DNA of 63,152 nucleotides, counting the filler, from Basidiobolus ranarum (lineage: Eukaryota), in the NCBI GenBank assembly GCA_040143965.1. It is 14 parts of 14 records of this genome, joined end to end, with 100 filler letters (N's around TTAATTAATTAA, not from the genome) between each part and the next. Parts side by side here need not be neighbours in the genome. Positions count along the whole stretch, not along the records: positions 45,264 to 49,664 come from JASJQH010001972.1; positions 49,765 to 54,164 come from JASJQH010001973.1; positions 54,265 to 58,660 come from JASJQH010001974.1; positions 58,761 to 63,152 come from JASJQH010001975.1; 10 more parts are not named here. One strand, 5' to 3'. Within the stretch, counting starts at the first letter, position 1; each line of letters starts with the position of its first letter. A model generated the notes under the pieces. The model searched no databases, was not told where the DNA came from, and saw only the letters and a program-made list of their open reading frames with translations. Positions 49,282 through 63,152 of this stretch are shown piece after piece. The translations under genes were made by a program, and so were the position numbers.

Positions 49282-49664
49282 ATGGGTACCGACATTGAAT
49301 TACAGCAGACCGGCACCTATTTTGTCGAAGACAAAAAACCACAAGACGTGGAAAGCTGCCACCATGAAGAAACTGGTGGACAGCCAGCACTGAATAGAAC
49401 TCTCAACGCGCGCCATTTATCAATGATCTCTATCGGTGGCACCATTGGTACCGGTCTCTTTCTTGCCAGTGGTATTTCTATCGCCAAAGGTGGGCCAGGT
49501 GGAGCCTTGGTCGCATATAGTTTGATTGGTATCATGGTATTCTTTCTGATGACCAGCTTGGGCGAGATGGCTACTTACATGCCTATATCCGGTTCGTTCA
49601 ATGCTTACGGTGCTCGTTTTGTCGATCCGGCCTTCGGTTTTGCTCTCAGTTGGAATTACTGGTA
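49282..49664 (+). CDS. APC-superfamily amino-acid permease (YAT/LysP-like), 3'-truncated
   Basis: LNARHLSMISIGGTIGTGLFLASG..GGPGG..MTSLGEMATYMPISGSF..RFVDPAFGFALSWNYW. Confidence 0.93.
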
Positions 49665-49764
49665 NNNNNNNNNNNNNNNNNNNNNNNNNNNNNNNNNNNN
49701 NNNNNNNNTTAATTAATTAANNNNNNNNNNNNNNNNNNNNNNNNNNNNNNNNNNNNNNNNNNNN

Positions 49765-50062
49765 AGATATTCAGGAGTTTGTGTAATAAGATATAATAGA
49801 TAAGTGGGGGTAATAAGACATACTTATTATATAGATATAGAGATATTCCTATTTAGAATATAGGGGCTATAGATATGTTGCTTTCTGTTTCTGATAGATC
49901 TATCATAACTAAAGTTAACTATGATGTTGAATAAAGATTAATGATCCAACAAAAAATACTCCTAATAAAAATATAGGGGCCATGGATATGTTGCTTACCA
50001 TCTCTGATATGTATCATACCTAAAGTTAACCAAGATGTTGAAAAAAGATTAATTATCCAACA
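49765..50062 (-). mobile_element. Copia family C LTR fragment with tandem partial copy
   Basis: Reverse complement of 35191-35380; termini ATCCAACA at 49951 and 50062. Confidence 0.75.
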
Positions 50063-50620
50063 CTTATAGATAAAATCATAAATGACAACTTTTGACTCAA
50101 TTAATCAACTGGTGAAACCCATCAATTCTTCTAGTTCTCTTAGTCACTTCCAAAAACTCCCAAAAGACTTCAACACCTTTGGAATATATAACATCAAGAT
50201 GCTTGGTGAAACATCTCAGTATTTGTACATGTGTTTGGGTATTTTACAAACTTGGATTTTTGCATACACAACTTGGATTTACCCAAGTAATAACTAGCTA
50301 AAGATCATCTTTTCAACTATTCAGACCACTAGAAATGAAGCAAATCATGAGATACATCATTTTAAGTTAGGAAGCCAACAATCATGCACAACTACTATTC
50401 ATCAAATAGTCTGTTACTTAGTCTAGTGCATTTCTGGCTCACTGCAAATATTGATAAAAGACTGCATTCTCTTTATAAACCATAACCATTGAAAACATCA
50501 GAAGTATGAGAAATGATCCTAACCTCACCCAATTCCTACTGCAAGTATGAGCCATCAGTTGTAAGAGTATGGAATAGAAGAAATGTGAGACTGGCAATGA
50601 TTTTATTTTGTTGAAAACAG

Positions 50621-50937
50621 TGTTAAAGTAATTGAGGAATTGGTGGTTTTCACTTATTGATTTATTGAGTAGAAAGTTGACATTTATAGTTTTGTAAAGA
50701 TGTAAGCAAACTAACGTGTAGAATGTGTTTAAGAAGGTTCCAGGAACATGTGTGCAAAGTTTGTGGCTTTTAGCACAAGTTTGAAAAATCTATATATCTG
50801 AGAACTTCTAAGTTGGTGTCAATATTCTAAGTAAATTCCGATTGAGAATAATGGATAATATCTTAGTGAATTATAAGATAACTAGGTACTAAGCTATATA
50901 TGACTATATAGGTGTTTAGGCAATGTTAGTTTCAACA
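50621..50937 (-). mobile_element. Solo LTR-B with perfect 5-bp target-site duplication AACAG
   Basis: AACAG at 50616-50620 and 50938-50942 flanks a TG...CA LTR-B copy. Confidence 0.92.
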
Positions 50938-52049
50938 AACAGCATATTTGTTAATGCCAAAGGTGAAGAAAAACAACTACTGTAACGTATTTCTAGAATC
51001 TTTGGAGGAGAAATGTTTGAAGGAGTTTGAGATTTTGTTTTCTCATTAATTCTGCGATATACATATATAGCTGACGAAATAAACATTAAATCATGTAACA
51101 GCTCTGTGGTCAGGTAAATAGTTGAGTTTGACTGACTCATATTACAATACTTAGTAACCGAGTGAACACAAATAATCCAAGCACTAAACTCCGCAGCTGT
51201 ACAATATATGATGTAAATTACTGACTAACGATATGGCTAGTAACTGATATAATCAAAAATACATGTATATTTATGGATTGCCCTCCTAGTTGCATTCCAG
51301 CACGTACGATAAAGAGCCAACAAAGAGAACTAGTACAAGAGTGTACCACTCGAACAGTCGTGACCATTTAGATTATTCCATTGTATAGTTACTTGTGGCA
51401 CTTTCTGTTTGTAGGGGTAATGACGATAGAAAAAGCCATCTTCCAAGACGCGTTAAAGGAGCAGTTGTCATCAATGATATGTTTATCAATATTACTAAAT
51501 ACTTGTATTTGCTACGTAAACGCGACCAAATTTCTGGACAAGTCAGCGTCTAGTACGGAGTCTAGTACGGCTATTTCTTCACTCTTATGTTTAGATTTTC
51601 TGCTGAGATTATAATGAATGGTTACACAAAGCGATACAATAAGAGGAATTCAAATATTATTGCGAAAAGAAAATTTTTAGAAATCTGACAGATACTCCGC
51701 ATTTACACGAGTGTTTGCTGAGTGCTTGCTATATTTAGGTAACATGCCCCAACTATCAGCGTTCTTTGGTGAAATTCTATAATTAAGCATAGATGAATTT
51801 TCATCGCAACTGGTAATACTTTATTGGTGATATTTAGTGACTAAACATCACTCAAACCTGTTTCAATATTTCACACGCCTTGTTTGCTGTGATCTAGATA
51901 CGAATGAAAGTTGGGAACTACTTGCACACTATTTGCACCAGACTAGAACTACTGGAATTCTTGCGAAGAGAAGACTGTTACAACAACAACAGTCTCGGTT
52001 TTGCAAGTATATTATTAGGTGATGACAGCTAATACTCAGCTAATAACCT

Positions 52050-52525
52050 AAGGTAACAAGAGTTGATTTTCGTTACATTACGCTACATTTGTCAGTATAT
52101 GGAAATAAACACTTTACATTCTCTTTTACTCGGGGCTGCACATTATATCCTTTGTCTAACATTACAGACTCATCAAGACTGTCTTGCCGAAATTTAGCAT
52201 TACTCGCCTTCGCCTTCCCAGTTTCCCTCTAGTTTCCCCTTAGTGTCCTAAAAGTGTCTCTGAAATGTTCTCCAGTATATTCAACTAATAGTCAAGGTAG
52301 CAATCAGAGGCGCTTTTCGTATATTAAGTTTCTGCATTTGGATATGCGACTTTACATCGGCTTTTACTCGGTGGTGCCCACTATATCCTTTGTTTAACAT
52401 TACAGACCCATAAGGATCGCTTTGTCGAAATCTGACATTACTCACTTTGGTCTTCGCAGCTTCCCTCTAGTTTCCCTCAAGTGTCCTAAAAGTGTCTCTG
52501 AAATGTCCCTGAAATGTCCCTCTAG
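52050..52525. repeat. Diverged two-copy tandem repeat, ~240-bp unit
   Basis: 52111-52270 aligns with 52349-52510 (ACTTTACAT...TAACATTACAGAC...TTCCCTCTAGTTTCCC...AGTGTCCTAAAAGTGTCTCTGAAATGT). Confidence 0.85.
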
Positions 52526-53751
52526 CGTCTAGATTTGTATTAGTCAAATTGGAGGCCTCAGCCAATCAATTGGCCACATGGACACTAGATCGACGCATTA
52601 GTTTAGCAGCGTCATTGTGAGACGTATACACTATATTTTAAGGAGTTTAAAACGTGCTTCCGTAGTAAACGTGTAGTGTAAACGTGAAGCTGGATGGGAT
52701 GGAATGAGATAGCCAATGCCGCTAATGTATTGATTTCTTCAATCCTCTGTCTGGAATAATATGGTTATTACCACGGTTAGTATAATTATGGTTCAATAAC
52801 TGGTGTAATTATGGTGTTTATTACAATGTCTGGTGCGAATCCCCCACCCCTTGGGGAAATATGGATCTGTATATTTCGAGATATGGCTCAGTATCCACCT
52901 TCCAAACGAGTCTATCGAAAGCATCATAAATGTATTTACGGCCCCCTCCACCTTAACCAGGAAACCCTAGAAACTCGAGTTTATTGGTGGTCGAAAGGCG
53001 TCTGTCATTGGGGTAGATTTGCCATAAGCGATCGTCCAAACAATCGTCGTCGTGCGAAAATATTTGATCCTGACTGTTGGAATCAATGTCTAGACTGGGT
53101 TGTAGTTACTTCGGTTTTGGAAAATATTTCTGAAACCATATTGACTAGCATAGACATTGTGGTGGTCGCCAATTTGAAGAAGGCACCCCCGCATGGCTTC
53201 ATTCGATGAGATTTTGCGAGGCTTTAAATCCAGACTGACTGGTGGAAGCCGCTAATAGCAGATGTAGGTTGCGTTGTGCCGTTTGTGCATACTTTGACTA
53301 TGATTGCTTCAACACTTTCGTTTTATGACGCTATAGCGTCAGTTCAAGTGATGCCCATAGACCGGCACAAGCAACCAACAATCCACATATTCGCAATATT
53401 CAGTACAAGCGATCTGTATATTCGCAATATCCAGTACAGGCAAGCAACTGGATCATCCACATATGTAACTCTCGGGTTAATCTTGCTTTAAAAAGGCCCC
53501 CATTCGTCGGGGATGCAGTATATGTTGAGCTTCCAAATATACAACAATTGAAATCATCGAAATCATTTTGTGCATTATTTATGAAGTGATTGGCTTCATT
53601 GGGAAACATCTGGAAACTTTCATCCGCCAGATAATTTCTAAATATGGAGGGTGGTGGATTTACTGAATATCATTTGAGAATATGCATGTATATAAGCCTC
53701 CTGTGTGCTAAAGGAATGCGGCATCTTACTAGAGTCAATCATACTATTACA

Positions 53752-54164
53752 ATGAAACATAGCCCTTTGGAAATCACACTGCAAGATAAATTCTTGGTTT
53801 TGCACGGCTCCTCAACTGAAGCTGCTGGTGCAGTTTTAAGAGGTAGTGTCATCCTTCGTTTGAAGGAGACCGTTAAACTTAGATCACTTGTCCTCAAATT
53901 GAGAGGAAAAGTTGATGTCAAATGGTCTTCCGCCGCTGGACCTAAACCTGACGTATACCACATCAAAAAAACTGTATTGAGTTCATCTCTTACGATTTTA
54001 GAACCTCAAGAACATTTCCATACACTTCCCGCTGGCGAAACCAAATACGAAGCTGAGTTTCCATTCAATGCAGATCTCCCAGAGACTTTACACACCTACC
54101 AAGGTCATATTTATAACACCTTAAAAGCTGTCTCCGAGCGTTCATTCTTGGTCAGAAATATCAT
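53752..54164 (+). CDS. Alpha-arrestin (Arrestin_N domain), 3'-truncated
   Basis: LVLHGSSTEAAGAVLRGSVIL.L.E..K..SL.L.L.G, LPAG...Y..EFP....LPET pattern of fungal ART proteins. Confidence 0.8.
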
Positions 54165-54264
54165 NNNNNNNNNNNNNNNNNNNNNNNNNNNNNNNNNNNN
54201 NNNNNNNNTTAATTAATTAANNNNNNNNNNNNNNNNNNNNNNNNNNNNNNNNNNNNNNNNNNNN

Positions 54265-56150
54265 CAAAGAGGTATGCAGTTTGTGTCTTTGATTAGGGTT
54301 TTGTTACTATTCTTGTGTTCAGACAATTCATAACCCATGACTATATTTAAGAGTGCCCCGTGTTAAGAGGATAATAGAGTCTGGTAATACTGACAATTTC
54401 ACATGGAGCATCATTTCACCATAATTATGCCCCATAATGTATAGCTAGGGCCTATAATCTCCAAGCATTGTGAAAGATGCAGCAGGCAATACATTCAATA
54501 CCAGCATATGTTCAGTCTATCTTGTTTGAACCATTTATAAAGCTTTATATGTCCAGTTACAAAATCTTTGTATGTTTTATGATTCTGCTTGAAATCTGAC
54601 AATGTGAGTTGATGCCATAAGAAAGTATCAGCAATATCCACAAACAGCTCTCAATATTGCCAGTGCTATTCAGGGAGAAATCTTTTCAAGATTCCTCTAA
54701 AATATATCTAAATCCAAAACTTCCAGTCTTTGCATTTGATTTCATGCCTAGATGAGTATATATTAATGGGTATCATAGTAAAATATGACAGCATGTGGCC
54801 ATTTTCCAGCATTTCCCAATTTATTCAATTTTTGATCCTATTTTATGAGGCTCATTGAGATTGAATTTCAACAATGCAGCTGAGCAAGTAATATTGGTAT
54901 ATTTCTGAAAACTAAATACTTTGTGCCTGATGTGAAGCTCTGGCTCAGGTTGATCCTCTTAACAATATAAACGCAGGCTTATGGCCACTGCCAAGTTTCA
55001 TGTTAGACTGCTTGTTTGGATAATTGATATTAGTGAGCATGTTGAAAGCTGTCTGGGTTCTTGATGGAAAAACATCAAGTTTATTGTTGTATATAGATAG
55101 TAGTAATGAGCATGCCTGGTACCATTAATTCCATTGATTTGACAGTATCTACTGCCAGATAGTGCATTGTGCCCAGAGAAACCACCAAGCTTGCAAATGG
55201 CAGGAGTATCTCCAGAACAAAAAATAATTTTAGCTTTAAAAAAAAGCCACCCATCCAAGGCTCATGAGATAACTGTCAATATTCCAGGATTGGAGGGTCC
55301 AAGGAGCTATCTATAAGCACTATAGATTTAGATGCAGATATGATGGATGGTATCAGAATTTTTGACACTTATACCATTGAAATGGAGATTTTTGTAAGGT
55401 TATCAAAACTATTGAACATCATGCCTTTGCATTCCTGTACCTGTTTAGTGAGAAACAATGCACAGCCAATGCAATTGCATGATCATATGTATTTTGATGG
55501 AAACCTGGACTTTTGGACTCTGGTAGAGAAATACATCAAGTTCATTGTTAACACCATCAGTTTTATGGTGACTACTTTAGTAATGGATCAATTATCCATA
55601 TTTTCTTGAGTTCATAAAAGTTTTAAGACAGGAAATCAATGATGTGTAGCTAAATAAGCACAATACCCACCTGATTTAGCAATTGCAAGTTGTCTTCAAG
55701 CCTTACATGATGTTGGGTCTTTCAGATTGCTGGCACAAGCCAAACAACCATTTGGATATGAAGGTAGCCTTATTACTGGAGAATAATAAGTCAAACAACT
55801 GACAAGTGTTTTCCCCATGTACTAGCTCTGTGGCAAGCAACAGCTGCCAATCAACTGTTGGCAAAGCCTAAGTTAACCAGTAAACACCTGGTTGCTAACA
55901 AAAGATTGAACTCTTCACTCCACAATAATCAAAGCTGCTCCTTTTACTGTAAGTTTTATGAGAAGACTAATGCTTGCCAATAGCCAAGAATCCATACCAA
56001 AATTATCTTTTTCTTCATCTTCATCTAACATACTCTCATCAGTAATGGAATAACTTGGGTCAACATCAAGTAGCATGTTCTCAAAGTTTTCTAGACTTAT
56101 TGGTTTGACCAGACTTGCACTTCAACCTACATAATTCTGATCATATACCT
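54265..56150 (-). mobile_element. Second, more diverged CACTA/EnSpm Tnp2 transposase remnant
   Basis: GDTPAICKLGGFSGHNALSGSRYCQING. Collinear with ~19900-22050. Confidence 0.85.
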
Positions 56151-57530
56151 ATGGTAAATCTAGCCTAACAGAAATTGGAGGATTGTTATTAGAAGAAAAC
56201 ATTGATAGTTTCAATCCATTTTACATTGGTCATATGCTTACCATCATAAAATTGCCAAGTAGACCTGATTGTAAAAACTTTTTCAGTTTCAGAAGAAAAA
56301 TTTCAGTATCTTGCAAAATAGCTGCACATGATTGGGTACAATCTCAGAAAACTATGGATCTGCACATGTGCAAAAAATTCACCTCATATTTTACACATTT
56401 ACCACTTGAAAACTGAATTGTCACCTTTAATATCCATTATTTCTCTGATATATTCTCCCAAAGTTATAATAAAGTTCCTCACACTCAAGATTTGGCTCTT
56501 ATCAAACACAAGTGTGTACCATTATCTACATCAAAGTCCACCATTTTATAAATGTTGCTAAATGAACATTCTTCCAGCTATCTGGTGGGTACCCTGGAAT
56601 ATTGTACCATTCTGTATTAAGTTCTTCCCATATATCTGCATGGCAACACCAGACTGAATGTCATGTTAAATGATCTTCTTCTGAAGCCACTTTCTGCATA
56701 ATTGCACTGTGCATTTCCCTTTACACATTAAAAAATACTATTCAAGCACTGTTGTAATATTTATACCTCCTTGTAGTGTGACTCTTCTCAGTGTGCATTG
56801 TGGTTTTGGGTGGCATTCTGCCAGCTTTATGTTTGAGGCTGATTGGGACACTTTGAAAAGTACCACACCGCTAGAGATTGGAGAGCCATGAGTTTTGTTT
56901 CCTGGTGTTGAAAGGTGCCAGGTGTTCTAGGTAACAACCTTCTGAGTAATGACTGGTATTTGGGTTTTCCATGATTGGATCAAATCAAGATGAAGTTTGG
57001 TAAGATTGTGCACAGTTTCCAAAATGTTAAACCATTCATCATCAGAGCAAGTGAGAGCAACTCTGACATTCAGAATATTTTGGCTTGCAGGTTTTCTTCT
57101 GAGATTTTTACTGTCTTATGACCTAGCAATTAGAAGTCAATGTGTAGGCTACATGATCTGACACATAGTGTGCTCAGCTAGATTGTCATGGCAATATTCA
57201 TATGTATGTTGTAGCATTGACTGAAATCCCATATGCATATGGATGCCAACAGCATCATCTTGCTGTAACTCAAGTACAGCATTCTCAAGATCTTTTATCA
57301 TTCTTCAGTGACTCTCAAGCTGATGAATAGTTGCCTCAGAACACTAAACATGACATGTTTCATTTTATTGAGATGGATCAGGCCAGCTAAAAGGTGTGCT
57401 AGCACAAATTGCCACAATTGGGTACTATTCCCTATCAAAAATAAAGTTGATATCATCTGGATTGGATCCACTCCCAAAAAGAGCAAAACACTCAGAGAAC
57501 CATCACAATATTGGTGGCTTGCATTCTTCT

Positions 57531-58660
57531 AGGGATTATGATGGTGTAACGGCAGATTCTCAATGATATTCTGATGGTATTCATACATGTGAAATATTGA
57601 TCCACAAATTTGGCATGCGTTATTCAATATCTGGCAATTTCTGCAAAAAAATAATTTTTGAATGGCAAATTACTGGGTTTACTGCTGTAGGAATTCAAAT
57701 TAATATGCATGCCCTTACTTAGATATTTTAGGCTTTGTATTCCAGCCATAATGAGAATCAAAAAATACAAGAATCTCATTGAGTTTAGTCTCTACATATG
57801 CACATATATGACTGATTAGACATAACTCAACAACATCAATATGTTTTACCAGCAAACTAATGGTGGAAAAATTGCCAACATCTGAAATTTTGAATAGCAC
57901 TGACACTTGGCAAATAGCTGACTCTTGTCACCATTCACAGTGAGAATAAGCTCTTGGATTTTAGTAAATTTCCATAAAGAATTCAGGCATTAAATCCCCA
58001 ACTTGCAGTCAACAAATGTCCTGCCACAAGTAGATGTGTCATTTTTTGGATAGATTACCCCATGGCTAAAACAATAATACTGCATATCTTGATCTATCTC
58101 ACCATGAAGTCTGTTTTGCAGCTTTCCTAAGAATACCATCAGGTTATCACACAAGCAAATTAGTCTGATTATGGAGGTACTTACTCTGTGTCTTTGGCTT
58201 GTGCTTTGTTGCTGTTATTGTGCTCAAACAATGCAAAAACCCATGATGACATTGAAAAGAGCCCTTTGTTGGCCAAATCATATACTCTAGAGTCTCCTTA
58301 ACCCATTGCATTATATCCATCACTGATTTTGCTGATATTGTTAATCAGATTAGCATATAGTAATACTAACAAATTCACACAGAGCTTCATTTTACCACAG
58401 GTGTGCTCCATTGGGAACTCCCAGAATGTATAGCAAGGGCCTATAATCTCTAAGCATTGTCAAAGATGCAGCAGGGAATGTATTGAATACCAGCATAGAT
58501 TAAGTCTATCTTCTTTAAACCTGTAATAAGGTTTTTCATATACAATTACAAAATCTTTATACAGTTGCCATATCTACCTGAGATCTACCAATGTGAGTTG
58601 GTGCCATAAAAATATATAACAACATCCACAAACAACTCCCAATGTAGCAAATACTTATGA
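57531..58660 (-). mobile_element. Third CACTA/EnSpm copy, 3' part
   Basis: Collinear with 19252-20390. Confidence 0.85.
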
Positions 58661-58760
58661 NNNNNNNNNNNNNNNNNNNNNNNNNNNNNNNNNNNNNNNN
58701 NNNNTTAATTAATTAANNNNNNNNNNNNNNNNNNNNNNNNNNNNNNNNNNNNNNNNNNNN

Positions 58761-61700
58761 GATAGAAATAGCAATTAGATCACTTTTACCAATTTTCACT
58801 ATTTTCTCAAAACTTCTCCAAATCACCTCAAATTTTCACCCATGCTTAGCAGGCATGTTTGTTATGATCTAAGCATGTCCAATAGTCCTATTTCATAGTA
58901 AACTATAAATAGGACATATTCAATTCAATAAAATTTAAGTGCCTAATTCACAAATCCAAGTCTTGTCCAAAACACTTCCAAATCCCCTGAACACTTTTAT
59001 CAGAATCTCCTTTACTTTTTCAGATATTGAATCTATAGAAGACTGCTCCAATGTATTTTTCTTGTGTGACTCAGATTGGTTCACTATTGAAATTTTGCTG
59101 TATCTGCATTCCAGGAAAATATGCTAGTGATCTATGTTCTTGCTTTTCAAACTTGGTGCATAGCCAGGTCTTAGTTTGTTTCATCTGATTTTATGAAAAT
59201 TAGGTAAAGAGTAACTCATTATATACTAGTTAGTTTATTTCTACTCTGATTATTTTACACTCAATTCTGCTATTCAAAAATGTGTGTTTATTGCTCCAAT
59301 TTTTGGAAATATTAATTAGTTCACTTTTACCCATTTTCACCATGTTCTCAAAACTTCTCCAAATCATGTCATATTTTCACCCATCCTTTACAAGCATGTT
59401 TGTTATAATCTAAGCATGTCCAGTAGTCCTCTTTCATAGTAAACTATAAATTGGAAACATTCAATTCAATAAAATGTAATGGCCTAATTCACAAATGCAA
59501 ATTTTGTCCAAAACACTTTTATCTGGTTGTGAGCCCCAAAATAGCTGTTCAAGAATGTCTACCAGTACTATTACCAATGGTTTGCATCCACAGAGTACTT
59601 TGATAGTGAAGACTTTCACCTTTTGGAAATGCAAGTTGCACATGGTCCTAGAAGACAAAGACCTTTGGGGATTTGTTACAGGAGAAGAAATAGAGCTCAA
59701 GGGACCACCAGAAGTTAACCTTGCCTTTCACAAGAAGCAGAGGAAAGCACTCTCTACACATTGTCTACATCTCAGAGACTCTAAATTAAGGCACATACAC
59801 TCAGCCAAAAACATCCAAACTGTTTGGGACACACTTGAGGGACTATATGAGACTAAAAGTCTAGCAAATAGGCTAAATTTTAGGTCAAAATTGTACTCAA
59901 TTCACATAAGTCTTGATGATTCTATGGCTAATCATATAAATTGGATAAAAACTATGGCTGATCAGCTTTCATCCATTAGAGCACCTCTAAATGAGGGTGA
60001 CTGGTCATGACACTACTTGGGAGCCTGCAAGATGACTGTTGGAACCTCACAAGTGCCATAGAATCAAGATCACAACCTTTACAATGGAATGTGTTGGTGC
60101 AATGCCTTTGAATGAGGAAATAAGGAGATCTAATATTTAGCAAAATAATGCAGATCAGGCATTTTTTGGAGCTGTGAAATATCCAACAGGCTTCAATAAG
60201 TAAACCACCAATAGGAAATCAATCATTTGCAAGTATTGCAAGAAACCAGACCCTTTAATCCAAGATTGCTTAGAAAGAAATTTTGCCAAAGAGCTTAAAT
60301 TGGAACATCCATATCAAGTAAGCACTTATGGGGATCATCTATTTGTGTTTGCCCTATCAAAAGCCACTAAGGAAGACTCAGAAATGTGGTACTTTGATTC
60401 AGGAGCTTCACACCATATGTCAACCATGAAAGATTTACTTTCCTATGGAAAACTCATCCAAACAAGGAAAGTCTACAAAGGCAATGCACATGCTCTAGAT
60501 GCAGTTGATAAGGGCACAGTTGTGCTCAATTTAGACCAATATTCAGCTACACTATCTGCAGAATTGGCTGACATACTTTATGTACCAAATACTGCCAGGA
60601 ATCTACTCTAAGTAAGCCAAGCAACAGCCCCAGGAATATATTCTGCATTCAGCAAGGCTGGATGCACTATCACCAATCAGAATAATACTAAATTAGCTAC
60701 TAGGACCAAACTCAAAATATATACAAGCTAGAAATCAACAACTTGCGTTCTGAGCATGCAAACTTGGCCAAAATTGGTGAAATAAGTTGTCAAACAAGGC
60801 ATAGAGGATTAGGCCACACTGGCATGAAAACTAATTCTTACAATCTGAAACCAGCTTTTTCAAGCTTAGAAATTGAAAATATTATCAAATTGGATCTGTA
60901 TGAAGGTTAAACATATGGAAAGCATTACAGACAGCCATTTTTAAGCTCTAGAGAGATCTAATCCACCAACAAATGTGCCCTGATTTATTCTGACCTATAT
61001 GGGCCCATTAAAAACATCTCACTGGGTAGCAACAGGTACTTTATGACCACTGTTGATGACCAAATAAGATATACTTGTGTGTTGTTTCTCAAATCAAAAT
61101 CTGAAACCCTAGCTTTGCTCAGGCACTACAAAGAAATGGTAGTGAAGGAATCAGCCCAAAAAATAAGGATACTAAGAAGTGATAGTGGTGAAGAATAGTG
61201 CTCAAGACACTTCAACAGTGTTTGTTCTAAACATGTAATTAAGCAGCAAACTACTGTACCTTATACTCCACAGCAAAATGAAGTAGCATAGTGTGCTAGT
61301 AGGACCATAGTGGAGATGACAAGATTAATGTTACATGATCAGAAGTTAGATTACCATTATTGCGCTGTATCTGTCTCCACTTCAGTCTACATCAAAAACA
61401 GATGACCAACAAGATTGCTAAAAAGTCTACTCCATGTGAAGCCCTATATGGATCAAGACCAAGCATAAATTATCCCCATATCTTTAGTTGCACAGCTTGT
61501 TGCCTAATTCCACCTCAAAAATGGTCTAAATTGGCAACCAAAAGCAGAAAATGTCTATTTCTAGGTTACTGTGATGGATTCAAAGTTTTCAAATTGTCTG
61601 CTCGCAGAAATCAGAAGTCAATTGAGTGCAGAGAGGTGATTTTTGATGAAAAATCTAATTTTTCAATTGAATCTGTATATCTTGATCCTGAGAACACAAT

Positions 61701-63020
61701 AGCATTTTTCAGGAAGTGTCTGACAGAATTCTAGTGGTATTTGAGCCCAATTCAATCAAATTCCACCCTCAGTTGCATCAGAGGAAGATTCAGGTCCTAG
61801 AAAATCATCCAGAAGAAGGAATAAGCTTGAGAACTAATGGAGCACTCCAACAATGATATCTTGGATTATGCTGCATTCTGTGATGAGTAACAGACTCTAG
61901 ATCAAGCTCTGCAGTGTCCATATTCAAATTATGCATAAGAGCAATGTCTGAAAAGTTTTCTTCACTTTGGGACAATAAAAACTGGGTTTTAAGACCTCTG
62001 ACATCATGAAAAAAGTTATTAGGTTGCAAATGGATCTACAAAGTCACAAATCAAGCTGATTTAACTGTAGAAAGGTACAAAGTTAAACCAGTTGCAAAAG
62101 GATATTCCCAAACTCCAGGAGTAGATATCAATGAAACTGTTGCTCCAGTAGCTAAGCTTAGCTCCACTGGATCAATCTTGGCACTCTCAGCCATGCATAA
62201 CCTAGATTTACCACAGATGGATGTAACAGCAGTTTGTCAAATAGAAATCTAAAAGAAGAGATCAATATGGAGCAACCAGATGGATTTGTTGACCCAGGAT
62301 ACCCTGATATGATTGGTAAACTGCAAAAATCAATATATGGAGTCAAGCAAGCACCCAGGGCATGGTACAGCAAGATAAATAACAATTTGGAATCATTGGA
62401 ACTCCAGAAATGCACAGCAGATCACAGTATACATGTCAAAACAACCAGAAAAAGGATCCTTATCATGGCACTATAAGTGGATGACTTGGTCTTAGCCACA
62501 AGAGATTAAGAAGCACTGATTTAGCCAAAGTGCTGCTTATCAAACCAACATCAGATGACAAATATGGGTGAATTAAGTTATATTTCTGGAATCCAAATCA
62601 AGTGAGATAAATCTGAACAGAAAAGCATGCCAAATCAGTCTGGATGTATCCTAGCCATTCTGAAATGCTTCACCATGGAGAATAGAAAGCCTGTATGAAC
62701 ACAAATGGATCCCAATGTGAAATTAATCAGAATTTCATCCAATTTAACTCAAAATGACTCTAATTAATGCCTGCAGTTTCCTTATCAATTGATGGTGGGT
62801 AGCTTAATGTATACAATGGCTGGAACATGTCCAGACAGTGTGTAGCAGTGGGATCTGTCAGCCAATAACTCAATAATCCAGGATTGAGCATAACACTGCC
62901 ATACAACCAATATGGAGGTATTTGAGAGGAACTGTAGATCTAGTTCTGGAATACTCTGGCACTCCTGATGTACAAAATTCTGAAGACTACAGTGATGCTG
63001 ACTGGGGCAGAAACCTTAGC
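58761..63020 (+). mobile_element. Near full-length degenerate Copia family A: partial LTR 58761-59002, 5' LTR ~59220-59524, PBS 59525-59536, gag, PR, IN, RT, start of RNase H
   Basis: WKCKLHMVLEDKDLW gag, WYFDSGASHHM protease, YSDLYGP integrase, MEQPDGF..KLQKSIYGVKQAPRAW RT, YSDADWG. PR-IN-RT order is Copia-type. Confidence 0.93.
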
Positions 63021-63152
63021 AGGGCATTAACATACCTGGAGCCTATTGGGAAAATATGGGCTGTTTGGAGGAACTTTAGAAAAGTGGAGTTGTGAATAGC
63101 TTTGTGAGAAAATTATTTATTGACCAGAAATTAAGCATTTATACATTTTGGT

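Noticed and set aside
52811-53209. 132-aa intergenic ORF
   Set aside because: Trp/Cys-rich composition, no domain and no host-like codon bias; likely spurious.
4440-58760. Regularly spaced TTAATTAATTAA motif every ~4.5 kb
   Set aside because: Artificial linker between size-sorted contigs, not a biological repeat. It also rules out any cluster or synteny claim across linkers.

Overview
This window is not one locus. It is 14 size-sorted contigs (4439 down to 4392 bp) joined by identical 100-bp linkers (44 N + TTAATTAATTAA + 44 N), so gene neighbourhoods mean nothing across linkers. The DNA is from a eukaryote with short GT-AG introns, most likely an early-diverging fungus; Basidiobolus-like is my impression, not verified. 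Gene-bearing contigs carry an UNC-93-like MFS protein, RPS14, pterin carbinolamine dehydratase, RPS8, tricalbin, arsenite methyltransferase, a C2H2 factor, class II DAHP synthase, OPI3/PEMT, an APC amino-acid permease, an alpha-arrestin and a 28S rRNA fragment. About half of the window is decayed, strongly CpG-depleted Ty1/Copia and CACTA/EnSpm elements. The main find is on the minus strand at 43625-45163: a spliced Fanzor1 gene (eukaryotic TnpB/Cas12-like RNA-guided nuclease) that the ORF track shows only in part. All three RuvC motifs and the zinc finger can be rebuilt across three introns, although this copy is inactivated. It is followed by three hairpins (candidate omegaRNA), a five-copy array of about 22-bp period and a TA|CAGT Tc1/mariner-like end. 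Second most interesting is a structured RPS14 intron containing a mimic of the rRNA helix-23 loop that uS11 binds.
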